DNA of 63,798 nucleotides, filler included, from Octopus bimaculoides (Eukaryota): NCBI RefSeq assembly GCF_001194135.2. It is 5 parts of 5 records of this genome, joined end to end, with 100 filler letters (N's around TTAATTAATTAA, not from the genome) between each part and the next. Parts side by side here need not be neighbours in the genome. Positions count along the whole stretch, not along the records: positions 31,625 to 51,378 come from NC_068987.1; 4 more parts are not named here. One strand, 5' to 3'. Below the pieces are notes generated by a model, which saw only the letters and a program-made list of their open reading frames with translations, was not told where the DNA came from and did no database searches. The translations under genes were made by a program, and so were the position numbers. Positions 37,109 through 49,085 of this stretch are shown in pieces; the first letter of the stretch is position 1; each line of letters opens with the position of its first letter.

Positions 37109-37789
37109 TATATTCTTTCCCAAGTATTATATCACAAAGAAGAAGTCACCAAGAAAAAAGTAAAAGAGAGGGAAACATGAGAGATAAAAAGTGGGAGTCC
37201 ACTTGGTATTGTCCAATGTGATATCCATTGTAATATATATTGTAATATCTTTATCCTTTAAGTTGATACATTTACATAAAAAAAGTTCATCGGTATTCCG
37301 AAATCTGTCCATACTGTGCAACAATTCAGTGCAGAGTGAATGCTAAATAAACATAAGTAGCTTATATGAGCTAGAAGGAGAGGGTCCAAAAAAGGCAGAA
37401 GCTGGAGGTTAAAACAATATAAAATACGAAGAAAACAATATAAAAAATACACAAATATTAATGCAAAAATAATAGAAGTCAAATCGGGGAGGGGTGTAAT
37501 ATAAGAAAGAATAAGAAAAAATCCGAATACTAAAGTAAGATGTATATAAACTATTTAGAAGGGCTGGAGAAGGATGGTAAATATAAAAGTAAAGAAATAA
37601 AATAACAGAGGTAAAAAGAAGAGGGATAAAAATAAACTTAAAAGTAGAAAAGAGAAATAAAGAGAAATAAAGATAGATAAAGAGATAAAGAGATCTAAAA
37701 GGGTGAGTTCATAGATGACAGACATACATGATGCTGTGTCGGCCAAGACTAGTGGTGGGTCATAAATAACGTCAGGCTAAAGTAAACTT

Positions 37790-38250
37790 GAAATATGATA
37801 TCCAGTTCAGCATGCTATATAAAGCTGCTGGAAATTGTGTTCAATTTTTGACTGGAAAGGGTTGTTGCTGGAAAACGTGTGTGGCAGGAAGATTCATCTC
37901 CTCGCCATAACTCACGAAAGAGTCAGAAGACGTTGCCGGAGAGTTTCTGGCCTCCTATTCTCCCCTGGTGGTGGGGTTGAGATGGATACCGTCTGCTTAG
38001 CTGGTGGCCAATATCAAGAAGTTGTCCGAAGATCCTTCGAGTGACACAGTGATGGTTGCATGCGCAGGGTGGCGGATCCATCTTCAGGCCATGGTGGAAG
38101 CTGAGGGTGGCTACTTTGAGTTAACTGTTATGTTCCAGACATAATGTAGTTTGTGTTCCTGTTTTCAATTTTTAAATATTTTGCATGGGATATTATCTTT
38201 TACTTTCCTTTTGTTGCAAACTTTCAGATTAAGCCCGAAAACTGTGTGTG
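37790..38250 (+). mobile_element. maT (DD37D) mariner-like transposase relic, 3' part
   Basis: YIKLLE, VWQEDSSPRHNSRKSQ and C-terminus AMVEAEGGYFE*; near-duplicate of 40770-41215. Confidence 0.65.
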
Positions 38251-38272
38251 CATACATACATACATACATACA

Positions 38273-38306
<34 letters not shown>

Positions 38307-39178
38307 CACATGTATGTATGTATGCACATGTTCACGCGCACAAACATGTAAATATATTCTTATACATGTCTATGTGTATAAAGGTGTACCTAATTTCTAT
38401 TCGTATATGGAAACATGATTATGTAAATTTATATCCTATTTGACTTTATATTGCCTAGCTCGTCTTTGCGTTTGTCTCCTTCATGCTTTCTACTTCTGTT
38501 CAGTTTCCTCATTTCCGTTCTTACAACGTTCTTGTATTTCTTTGTATTTTCATTACAAGATGTTTAACCTCACGAGACAAAGGAGAGAATGAGTGTACAG
38601 GCTGTATTAATATATCTGTTTCAAGGTATTTTCACAATATTCACATAATACTTATACAACTTTATAGAATAGTATTCGATCTAATGAAATATGTGTCGAT
38701 AGTTCATTTACATAAATTCACTTCAAATACCTAGGTAATATCGTGTGATTTATGTCTCATGTGTTTAGAGTATTGATAGTTTATTACCTATGAACGTCTC
38801 ATTATCTTGATATGATGTGTTCAAATTCTCCTTTGGGGTTTGTCAAAGCAAATACACTATAATTTCATTTGCATAATGAAACAAATGTCAACTCGTAAAT
38901 TAAATAAGATTCATCACTTGTTTATCTCTATACTTTCTTATGAAACATTGGAAATGCAGCAAATCATAGTAGTAGCATAAGTTTGCATAGAATTATAAAG
39001 TACTCAAACGTTGTTAAATGCTCGAAATACGAGACTAGAAAAACAGCCAACAACTGATGAAAGGTCGGTCTTTATGTTGTTTATTTTGTTTTCCATATGT
39101 GTCTTTCGTTGTTCGAAAAAATAGTTCATGCTCCATGTACTCGTGCTTTGTATTTTTGGTGTTTCGTGACGTCCTGTG

Positions 39179-39238
<60 letters not shown>

Positions 39239-39269
39239 ATAAAAATAAATGTGCTCTTTTAAAGCCTAG

Positions 39270-39495
39270 TGTGGCTCATGGGCCCGGTTTCCCAGTTTCT
39301 ATGGCGTATGTGTTCCCCAGCTGGACGGGACGCCAATCCATCACAGAGTTACTCATTTTTGCCAGCTTAGCAGCTGGAGCAACGTGTAATGAAGCGTTTT
39401 GCTCACGAACACAACCCGTCACCCGGCCCAGGAATCGAAATCACAATCTTACGATCATGGTGCTGACACCCTAACCACTAAGTCACGCGCCTCCA
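39270..39495 (-). mobile_element. tRNA-derived SINE with V-domain-like core
   Basis: rc head gtgacttagtggttagggtg..tttcgattcctgg; core gatggattggcgtcccgtccag. Confidence 0.65.
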
Positions 39496-40226
39496 CTATA
39501 TATATATATATNNNNNNNNNNNNNNNNNNNNNNNNNNNNNNNNNNNNNNNNNNNNNNNNNNNNNNNNNNNNNNNNNNNNNNNNNNNNNNNNNNNNNNNNN
39601 NNNNNNNNNNNNNNNNNNNNNNNNNNNNNNNNNNNNNNNNNNNNNNNNNNNNNNNNNNNNNNNNNNNNNNNNNNNNNNNNNNNNNNNNNNNNNNNNNNNN
39701 NNNNNNNNNNNNNNNNNNNNNNNNNNNNNNNNNNNNNNNNNNNNNNNNNNNNNNNNNNNNNNNNNNNNNNNNNNNNNNNNNNNNNNNNNNNNNNNNNNNN
39801 NNNNNNNNNNNNNNNNNNNNNNNNNNNNNNNNNNNNNNNNNNNNNNNNNNNNNNNNNNNNNNNNNNNNNNNNNNNNNNNNNNNNNNNNNNNNNNNNNNNN
39901 NNNNNNNNNNNNNNNNNNNNNNNNNNNNNNNNNNNNNNNNNNNNNNNNNNNNNNNNNNNNNNNNNNNNNNNNNNNNNNNNNNNNNNNNNNNNNNNNNNNN
40001 NNNNNNNNNNNNNNNNNNNNNNNNNNNNNNNNNNNNNNNNNNNNNNNNNNNNNNNNNNNNNNNNNNNNNNNNNNNNNNNNNNNNNNNNNNNNNNNNNNNN
40101 NNNNNNNNNNNNNNNNNNNNNNNNNNNNNNNNNNNNNNNNNNNNNNNNNNNNNNNNNNNNNNNNNNNNNNNNNNNNNNNNNNNNNNNNNNNNNNNNNNNN
40201 NNNNNNNNNNNNNNNNNNNNNNNNNN

Positions 40227-40258
<32 letters not shown>

Positions 40259-40399
40259 GTATATATGTATGCATGAACATGTATATGTATATGTGTGTGT
40301 GCTTGTCTGTACATGAATTTATATATCTATGTAGGGCTTTCGGGTTATATTTGTGGGTTTTGTCTTCTTTAAAAAACTGCTTGATGTATTGGTAAACTG

Positions 40400-41215
40400 T
40401 TAAGGACGTTGTAGGAGCTAAAGATTACAGTTGTAGTTGAGAAATATGTTAATGACATGGTGGACTAAAAGCTGTGTGAATATTGGAAAAGCGTTACCTG
40501 TATCATGATAATTCATGCCAGGTATGAAAATGGCGACAACATACGTGCTGATCAATGCCCTGTCGATACTGTAAAGATTGTAAAACGTGGACTGGATAAC
40601 TGTGGAAGAAGCTTTAGAGAGGGGGGAAGCTTTGAGCATGCTGCTCGCACCCAGACAAAAACTACTTGCAACGAATAAAACGAAGCCGTTGCTAGCAGAA
40701 AGGACACAGAGACATTCTGGCTGCGTCAAAACGCAGGAAATTCATCTCCAAGTCAATAAACAGGGCCTTAGGCTCAGTTCAGCATGCTATATAAAGCTGC
40801 TGGAGTTTGGGTTCAATTTTTGACTGGAAAGGGTTGTTGCTGGAAAACTTGTGTGGCAACAAGAGTCATCTCTTCGCCATAACTCAAGAAAGAGTCAGAT
40901 GACGTTGCCGGAGAATTTCTGGCCTCTTATTCTATCTGGTTGTGGGTTTAAGATGGGTACCGACTGCTTAGCTGGTGGCCAATATCAAGAGGTTGTCCTT
41001 CGAGTGACACAGTGATGGATGCATGCGCAGGGTGGCGGTACCATCTTCAGGCCACGGTGGAAGCTGCGGGTGGCTGCTTTGAGTTAACTGTTATGTTCCA
41101 GACATAACGTAGTTTGTGTTACTGTTTTCAATTTTCAAATATTTTGCATGGGATATTATATTATATTTTCCTTTTCATGCAAACTTTCAGATTAAGCCCG
41201 AAAACTGTGTGTGCA
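40400..41215 (+). mobile_element. maT (DD37D) mariner-like relic
   Basis: ERVVAGKLVWQQESSLRHNSRKSQMTLPENFW and ATVEAAGGCFE*. Confidence 0.65.
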
Positions 41216-41585
41216 TACATACATGCATGCATACATAACATACATACATAGGTACATACGTGCATACATACATACATACATGCATAAATATTATTATAAG
41301 ATCTGGTAATTAGTCATATATTAATATATTAATTAATATCGATTAATTATCAGGGGGCCAGCACATTTAAAGAATCAAAGAGATTCAGAAATATTATCTG
41401 CAATCTCAGGGGATTAAGGTACATTTTAAAAAATAACGTCGACCACTAACGTGGACAATTAATGCGCTAGAAATAGATCACATCTTGTGTCTATTAAGAC
41501 CTAAAATTTCTCAACATGAAATATAGCAGCATACCAAAAACGTGAGCGGGCAAGACATTTAAAATCACCTAAAAAAATCATTATT

Positions 41586-41651
41586 AAACAGGAACCAGGT
41601 TTCGGATTTAACAAATTCTTACCATTTGTCTATTCCTCATCAGCCTGATTT
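41586..41651 (-). ncRNA. Type I hammerhead ribozyme with intact catalytic core
   Basis: Stem I CAGG/CCUG (extends AAAU/UUU); CUGAUGA (41643-37); stem II 11 of 13 bp with GGUAAGA loop; GAAA (41603-00); stem III ACC-U-GGU; GUU triplet; predicted cut at 41593/41592. Confidence 0.75.
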
Positions 41652-42130
41652 NNNNNNNNNNNNNNNNNNNNNNNNNNNNNNNNNNNNNNNNNNNNNNNNN
41701 NNNNNNNNNNNNNNNNNNNNNNNNNNNNNNNNNNNNNNNNNNNNNNNNNNNNNNNNNNNNNNNNNNNNNNNNNNNNNNNNNNNNNNNNNNNNNNNNNNNN
41801 NNNNNNNNNNNNNNNNNNNNNNNNNNNNNNNNNNNNNNNNNNNNNNNNNNNNNNNNNNNNNNNNNNNNNNNNNNNNNNNNNNNNNNNNNNNNNNNNNNNN
41901 NNNNNNNNNNNNNNNNNNNNNNNNNNNNNNNNNNNNNNNNNNNNNNNNNNNNNNNNNNNNNNNNNNNNNNNNNNNNNNNNNNNNNNNNNNNNNNNNNNNN
42001 NNNNNNNNNNNNNNNNNNNNNNNTATATATATATATATATGGGAGAATATACAAAAAATAACAACAGACGAGGACAGGTGGTGTAAATAACAAAAGTATA
42101 TATTAGTATGACGCTCGGGAATACGGAAAG

Positions 42131-42167
42131 TCTTTGACGTTTCGAGCTACGCTCTTCAACAGAAAGA
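42131..42167 (-). ncRNA. Minimal Penelope-type hammerhead variant (A6 replaced by U)
   Basis: UCUUU-CUGUUGA-A-GAGC GUA GCUC-GAAA-CGUC-AAAGA: stem I 5 bp, stem II 4 bp, palindromic ACGU stem III; within a repeat (42040-42225) homologous to 61510-61650. Confidence 0.5.
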
Positions 42168-42754
42168 ATACGGAGACAAGGAGAAAAACACGGAGAAAAA
42201 AAATTGAATAGTGTTCAGTCAACGGTCAACATATATAATAGATAGATAGCTGGTGTGAGAGAGAGTGAGAGAGAGAGAGAGAAATATAGAGAGAGACCCA
42301 GATTTATGTTTCTATGTTTTAATCTCTGACCGTCTGGCAAATATTCCTGATATTCAGACGTCTCCCTATGCGGTCTGCACTTTCGAATACAATAAGTATC
42401 AGACTTACAATATGACTGTAGGGGCTCAGGTGAACCATGAACTTTAAGCTCTTTCCCAATCACTGTTGCGTCTGATTGACTACATCAAGTGACAGAAAAA
42501 AGACTCAATATATATTCATATAATTTCGTCATACCTTTTATAGAATAATGTATAGTGTTTTAATGGCTATGAATCAAAAATATTGAGGGTTGAAAGTAAC
42601 ACATATTTCCAGTTCGGTAGAGATTTGAAAATATTTTGTATTGCATATGTTGCAAACATACTCTTTTTCTTCATACACAATCAAATTTTATACTAGAATT
42701 ATATTTTTATAATTACAAATTGGGCGGATGAACTAAAAGAAATTTAGAAAGAAA

Positions 42755-43050
42755 GATCGGTTACGATTACAAGGGTTTCAGTAAATCCGTTGAACACATG
42801 GGCCTGCTCGTGAAGTTAGCGAGCAAGCGGCTGAACACTCCACAGACACACGTGACTTTAACGTAGTACTGAAGGAGATACAACGCGAAACAGAACGTAA
42901 CCAGGATGGTATTTTGAAATACAAGCACTACAGAGTGGACGAGAGTGACGTAAAATAAAGTCTTTTGCTCAAGAATACAACATGACGTCGAGAATCGGCC
43001 TCTCCAACTTACAGCCGTGTGCCATATAACCAAACACATAAGTCATTCTC
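42755..43050 (-). mobile_element. SINE (same family as 48720-49085)
   Basis: rc shares gtctgtggagtg, ttcacgagc and the tail ccct(c/t)gt..tcgtaacc. Confidence 0.6.
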
Positions 43051-43129
43051 TCTCAGAAATATAACATACGAACAAAAACCCAAAATAAGATACCCGACTA
43101 ATGAAGGTGCTATATTACTGCTATATTTC

Positions 43130-46100
43130 CTCAATTTTTATATGCAGTCTCCTGGAGACAACAGGGTCAACTAGAGAATCAAACGAAACGTATGCAAATG
43201 TCATAGTATATAATTGTATTAATGCAAATATTCCTTCCTTCCTTACGGCATCGCTTCGCTGACGAAGATTAGGAAGGCTGAGGTCCACGTCATCTGCACG
43301 CTTGTTTGTAACTGATAAGGCTGATGTTGGATCGACATATCCGATTGCAGTGATGACAGGAATATGATTGTTCAGGGTCTGCATTATTTTTTCGCCTCTG
43401 ACGTGTGTCTTGCAGTCCTTGTAACACTTCCTTGGTGCTCCACTGTTGCAGTGTCCAGTGGTATACTCACCGTGCATGATGATCTTGGGTAGGCGGTGGT
43501 CTTTCACCCTGTCAACGTTCCTTTTCCAACGCAATCGTGTCTCAGGTAAAATGGCTTTCAGGCTGGTAAACTTTGGTCGATCAAGGACCTCAGTGTTGGT
43601 AACGTAGTCGCTCTAGTAAATGTTGAGGATGGTACGAAGGCAGCATTGGTGAAAACGTTCAAAGAGACTGAGATGACGGCAGTAGTGGATTCAAGTCTCA
43701 GAGCCATATATAAGCATTCTTAGAACGACGGCCCTGTAGACGCTGACTTTTGTACTGATCTTAAGATGCTTGTTGTTCCACACACGCTTATACAGTCTGC
43801 CAAATGCTTTGTTTGCTTTTGCAAATCTGTTGTCATGTTTTGTCGATACTTGCGTCTGATTAAATAGTACATCCAAGAAAGTGAACTGCTGTGCCGACTT
43901 CAGCTCTGGTTTGGCAACGGTGATGTGAGGTAGGTTTTACTCTTTCCGAGGACCTGTTTGGTGTAGGCCTTCAGTCCTTTTGAAGCTTACTTTCAACCCG
44001 AAGACCTGGATGGACTCTGCAAAGCAGGATGTAATGCACCGCAGGGCTCTTTCCGTGTGTGAGTCAAGTGCAGCATCATCTGCAAAGAGGAAATCCTGGA
44101 TTAGTTGCTCCTGAGCCTTGGTGTGGGCCGTGTAGGCGCCGGAGGTTCAAAAGACTGCCATTCAGACAGTTCCTGAGGTAGACATCCTCTTCAGCATCGA
44201 GGCCTGCAGTGGCCTGCTTGAGCATCATGCTGAGAGTGTAGGAGCGATGACACAGCCCTGTTTCATGCCGTTGTTGATTTGGAATGGATCTGATATGTCA
44301 CCATTCAAGTGGACTTGTTGTTGGTGCTCGTGAAGCTAGATGATCACGGTTAAGAATTTTGGGGGATAGCCAAGTCGGATTACGGTCTGCCACATATCTT
44401 TCCTACTCACAGTGTCGAACTCTTTCGTCAAATCAACAAATGTTACATAAGGTGGTTTGTTTTTCCACCGGCACTCTTTTTGGAGCTGCCTGAGAACGAA
44501 AACCATATCTGCTGTGCTCCTGTTGGCTCTGAGATCACTTTGGCTTTCTGGAAGTTGATTTTTAGCGACGGACACAACGAGTCTGTTAAGGAGTAATCTT
44601 GCAAGAACTTTTCTTGCGGTGGAAAGCAGGGTAATGCCCCGGTACCTTGAGCAACCTGACTCTTCCTCTTTGTTTTTGTACAGTGTTATGATGATAGAAT
44701 CATGGAGATCTTGTGGCAGCTTGCTCTGTTCCCAGCATACAACGAGGAGCTCATGGAGTTTAGTATGTGCGACAGGACCCCATGCTTCCATATATCTGGT
44801 GATATGCCATCGACACCTGCTGCCTTTCTGCTCCTCAGCCGGCCTATGGCAACTGTGGTCTCTTCAAGGGTTGGAGATTCTAGTTCCACTTTGACTGGTT
44901 GCTGTTGGATGTCGAGGATTGCATATTCTTGAACAACTTGGCTTGCATTGAAGAGGGCCCGAACGTATTCAGAACAGCGGTTCAGTATCGATGCTGTGTC
45001 TGTGAGTAGCGCCCGGCGATCTGAGCTGTGCAGGGTACTCCTTACGTGATGTATAGGGTTGTAAGCATCCTTGAGATCTTCGTAGAATCCCAGAATCAGC
45101 GCACAGATGGGTTCTCCGTGCGAGATTGGGTCACCACTAATTTCAACTTCACGGAGTTTGTGCTGCAGATAGCTGTAGGCTTGGTAATATGCCGTTTTCT
45201 TCTCTGGACAGGAGGATTGCACCGGATGTGATTGGTGGGCAGAGCTCCACTTCTTTAATAATTCCTTGAACAGTACTTAGTTTTAGTTAAACCAATCCTC
45301 GTTCTTTTTCTTCCTAAACGCGAGGATTTCAGGAGATCTCTTCCAAAGGCGGTTTTCTGTTGTTGCCATAGGATTTCTGGAGAGGGATCTGAGGGGCAAC
45401 TGGATTTATCAAGCCTTGCCTGTAATCATGCTTAGCAGTTTATTTTCACTTCGTTTAACAGCAGACCGCTAGTTTTTATGAGTTCCTTGTTGTTGGTCGG
45501 TCCTTTCTTTCTTGATGGTTTGGTCTTGAAATTTAGGTTTGAGTTTGCAACGGACCAGGAGATGGTCAGTATGACATTCTGCACAAGGCATAATTCTGGT
45601 GTGCATGACATCTGACCGGTCTCGTTTACGGACTAGTGTTTTGGTTAGGGATGCAGCCAGGTTGCCTCTTTGCTGGAATAGGGTATAGGTGGGGACGAGT
45701 TGATGTTCGGTACAAAACTCTAGCACGAGTCGTTTGTTGTCGTTGCAATTCCCAACCACTTGCTTTCTGAGGACTCCTTTCCATGTTTCTGAATCTCAGC
45801 CAACTCTGGCATTGAAATCTTCTAGGATTATGCTCTTATCATCGAGGGGGTTTCCCTGAGGAGTCTGCACAGGTCTGAGTAGAACCTGTCCTTGTCTGCT
45901 GGGTCTTCCTAGAAGGTCGTAGAGTAAACGCTGAAGACTGTGGCATACTGCTTGTATTTCAGAGGCAGATGCATGGGGATGATATGGTCAGAATGACCCG
46001 CTAGTAGGGTTTCCAGCTTTGAAGCAATGGAATTTCTTATAAAATGAACAACTCAACAGTGTTTTTCTGTTTTTTCTGACCAATATAGGGTGTATTCGGC

Positions 46101-46670
46101 ACCATGTTCTTTCAAGCTGCCTTCCTTTGGGAGACGGATTTCGCTAGGGGCTGCGATATCAATATCGTGCAATGAGAGCGGATCAGCATTTTAGGTGACC
46201 TCTGTCACCTGAGTCAAGAATGGTTCTGATGTTCTAACATGTGATCATGAAAACCTTGGCAACATTTGAAGGGTGTGTTTTGTCTTTCCTTTTTGTAATT
46301 GTGTATTCAGATGCTTGAAGAAGACGCCCGTTGACCGCGGTTTGTAGGTGGCGAGCTTTCTTTAGGTCACCTTTTCTTGGCCCCATGTGGAGCAACTAGT
46401 ACTCTCCTTAGGCTGCTTGGTCGTTCGAGTTGCTGCCGACTGAAGTTGTCTCCAGGTGACCAATGTCCCGAACCTCCACCATGCAGGTTGGGAGATGCGG
46501 CATCCAGCGACATCTTCCACCTGCCGTTCTCGCCCCCTTCTCATCGTTACAAGGCTTGGAGTGCTGTGATCGTGGTCGTATTCGTGGACGTAGACATGTC
46601 CTTCGGCTTGCGCGATGGAGTTTTAAGGTGAAGTGCAGTCTGTGCAGAATTGGCCCCACCATTTACACCC
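43130..46670 (-). mobile_element. RTE-BovB-like LINE, near full length (~3.5 kb), inactivated
   Basis: APE endonuclease (SEIRLPKEG, LEDFNARVG-like, NKRLVLEFC) and RT (KAAGVDGI, YRGITLLS, FVDLTKEFDTVSR, GMKQGC, LFADD, KAFGRLYKRVW) motifs in order, with many stops and frameshifts. Confidence 0.9.
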
Positions 46671-48510
46671 GGGTTTTATCTACTGTGATCCAGCAAGGAG
46701 GAACGATGACAAATGTGTACCGAGATTTTATCGAGACAAATTTTATCGAGGCGATAAAATGTTTTGACTAATGTACTCCTGAACTCAAACTTAAAATAGT
46801 TTGCAGTTTATTTCTGATTCTAGGAACCCTGAAAACCGAATAATATTGATTTTATAAACACAAAATTTTCAGTCGTATATGGTTGTGGATTATATATCGG
46901 CGAGTCTTCTCCTACCCAGGCTGCCAATCATGGCTATCGAGCCCCATCTACTCGGAGCGGTCTGGTTATACTGCGTCAGACACCCACAGTCACCCTCTCC
47001 TATTGGCTTAAATCCAAGTAGTACCACGAGGAAATCGAAGTAGGACTTAGGTTTTGCGTCACTCCTTGGAAGATTTAGCCCAATATGGTGATCATCCAAT
47101 CAGCATCCGGTAACTATGTGGACTCCCATTTACCACCCGATGTAAACGTAGTATTTAGTTACAAAATAACTTTAAAAAAATTCAAATTAAAATAACTATA
47201 TAAGTATACACATGAAAAAGTTACACCAAATATTTCTGCAAACCCTTAAACTGTAGTGCATTAATCAGCATCGCAAGCATGTTTTTCTTTTAAAAATGAG
47301 AGTACCTCATATTTCTTTTATATATTCGTGCATTTCCATTGATAGTAGTAAAATTGCTACTGCCCAGAAAAACCTCAAATTCTACTGATGTAGAAGCAAT
47401 GTCTGCTCTATTGAAGTAAATTTTTGGTGGAATTTAGGGATAAAAGCACCAATAAAATCATTGATAAAATATAGTGATCTGAGTAAAAACTGCAACAAAA
47501 CGCAGACATCTGACTGCCTTTAGTCTTTATGCTGTCACATTTTATATCTATTTCTATAATCAAATTAAAGAGCTGCTGTGATATCTGGCTATTTTCTAAT
47601 TTGAAAGATACGGAATCGGATTATATATTGTATAAAATGCTGATTATATTATTAAATCGATATTTGTTTCCGTAGCAAGGAAAGGAATGATTACGTTTAT
47701 AATTATTTAAATTGCTATCATCGATCAAATACTCGCGATACACGAGGGAAAAGAATACACGAACAATTTGAAGAGAAATTCTAAAAGAAAGAAACACACA
47801 AATGAATACATGTCCTGCTGATTTGGCTGAGAAATTATACAGTACAGACCCTCAGCTATATTTGTCGTCTGCAACTGTTCCTGTATATGCTTTCTCGTTT
47901 ACATTATCTGTGCTATTCTTGACAAAGCTGACAAAGACACTTGTTCGACCCATTTCTGTAATTACCTTTAATGCATAGCTGAAATTTAATTCCATATCAT
48001 TCGATAACAATTAATACAAGGGTTGTATTCTCATACCCGTCACGTTTTGCTGACAACGTGTAAGATATCTCAGTTTCCAGTTTTGTTTTAATTTCCATAA
48101 CATATTATCTTAGAAGCACATGTATTGTTCTTCCCTAATATCAACATTTACCTCACCGTTCTTTGTTCGTTTTAAAATTAGATTTATGTGAAACACAAGA
48201 TATTAGTTTAAAAAGCCCCAAAATGTATGCCCCCTCAGTCTTGAAGAAAACTATGCTGCCACCAAATCGAATGACACTTGTCTATCGATATTTGATTCCT
48301 TTGTTGCATCATAATATTTTATCCCCAGAATTTTGAATAGACAGCCTACATAGGCATATGTAAACCCGGAATAAAAGTTGTTGGCGTTTCCGTAATGTTC
48401 TGTTAGAAGCATAATTTGCTTCAAACTTTGATGTTTCATACACTTCCCTTAACTCACTGAAATCTGATTATAAGAAAATGATATCATAATGTCATCAATT
48501 ATTAAATTCG

Positions 48511-48574
<64 letters not shown>

Positions 48575-48719
48575 CACACACAAGTACACCTGCACACAAA
48601 CAACATTTTTTGTATTTATGTATATACATATTAAGCGTAATTCTTAAATTAAAATTAAGAGCATCGATGAATGGAGTGAATGCATTATATAATTGTAGCG
48701 TGTATATCGGTCTTAACGT

Positions 48720-49085
48720 GGAGATGCAATGGCCCAGTGTTTAGGGCAGCGGACTCGCGGTCGTAGGATTGCAGTTTCGATTCCTAGAACGGGCTGTGTG
48801 AGTGTTTATTGTCCGAAAACACCTAAAATCTCCACGAGGCTCAGACTGGGGTGGTGGCGAACTCTTTCGCTACAACCTTCTCTCACTCTTCTTGTTTCTG
48901 TTGTACTTGTATTTGAAAGGGCCAGCTTTGGCACACTCTGTATCACACTGAATCTCTCCGAGAACTACGTTAAGGGTTCAGGTGTCTGTGGAGTGCTCGG
49001 TCACTTGCATGTTAATTTCACGAGCGGGCTGTTCCGTTGAACGGATCAACTGGAACCCTCGTCGTCGTAACCGTCGGAGTCCCAC
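48720..49085 (+). mobile_element. tRNA-derived SINE, full length
   Basis: A-box tggcccagtgtttagg, B-box gtttcgattcc, body and tail cgtcgtaaccgtcggagt. Confidence 0.75.

Noticed and set aside
39010-39075. GAAA ... CUGAUGA as a type II hammerhead
   Set aside because: Stem II strands do not pair.
48720-48800. tRNA gene
   Set aside because: A/B boxes run into a SINE body; no cloverleaf acceptor stem. The same applies to the other tRNA-like heads.
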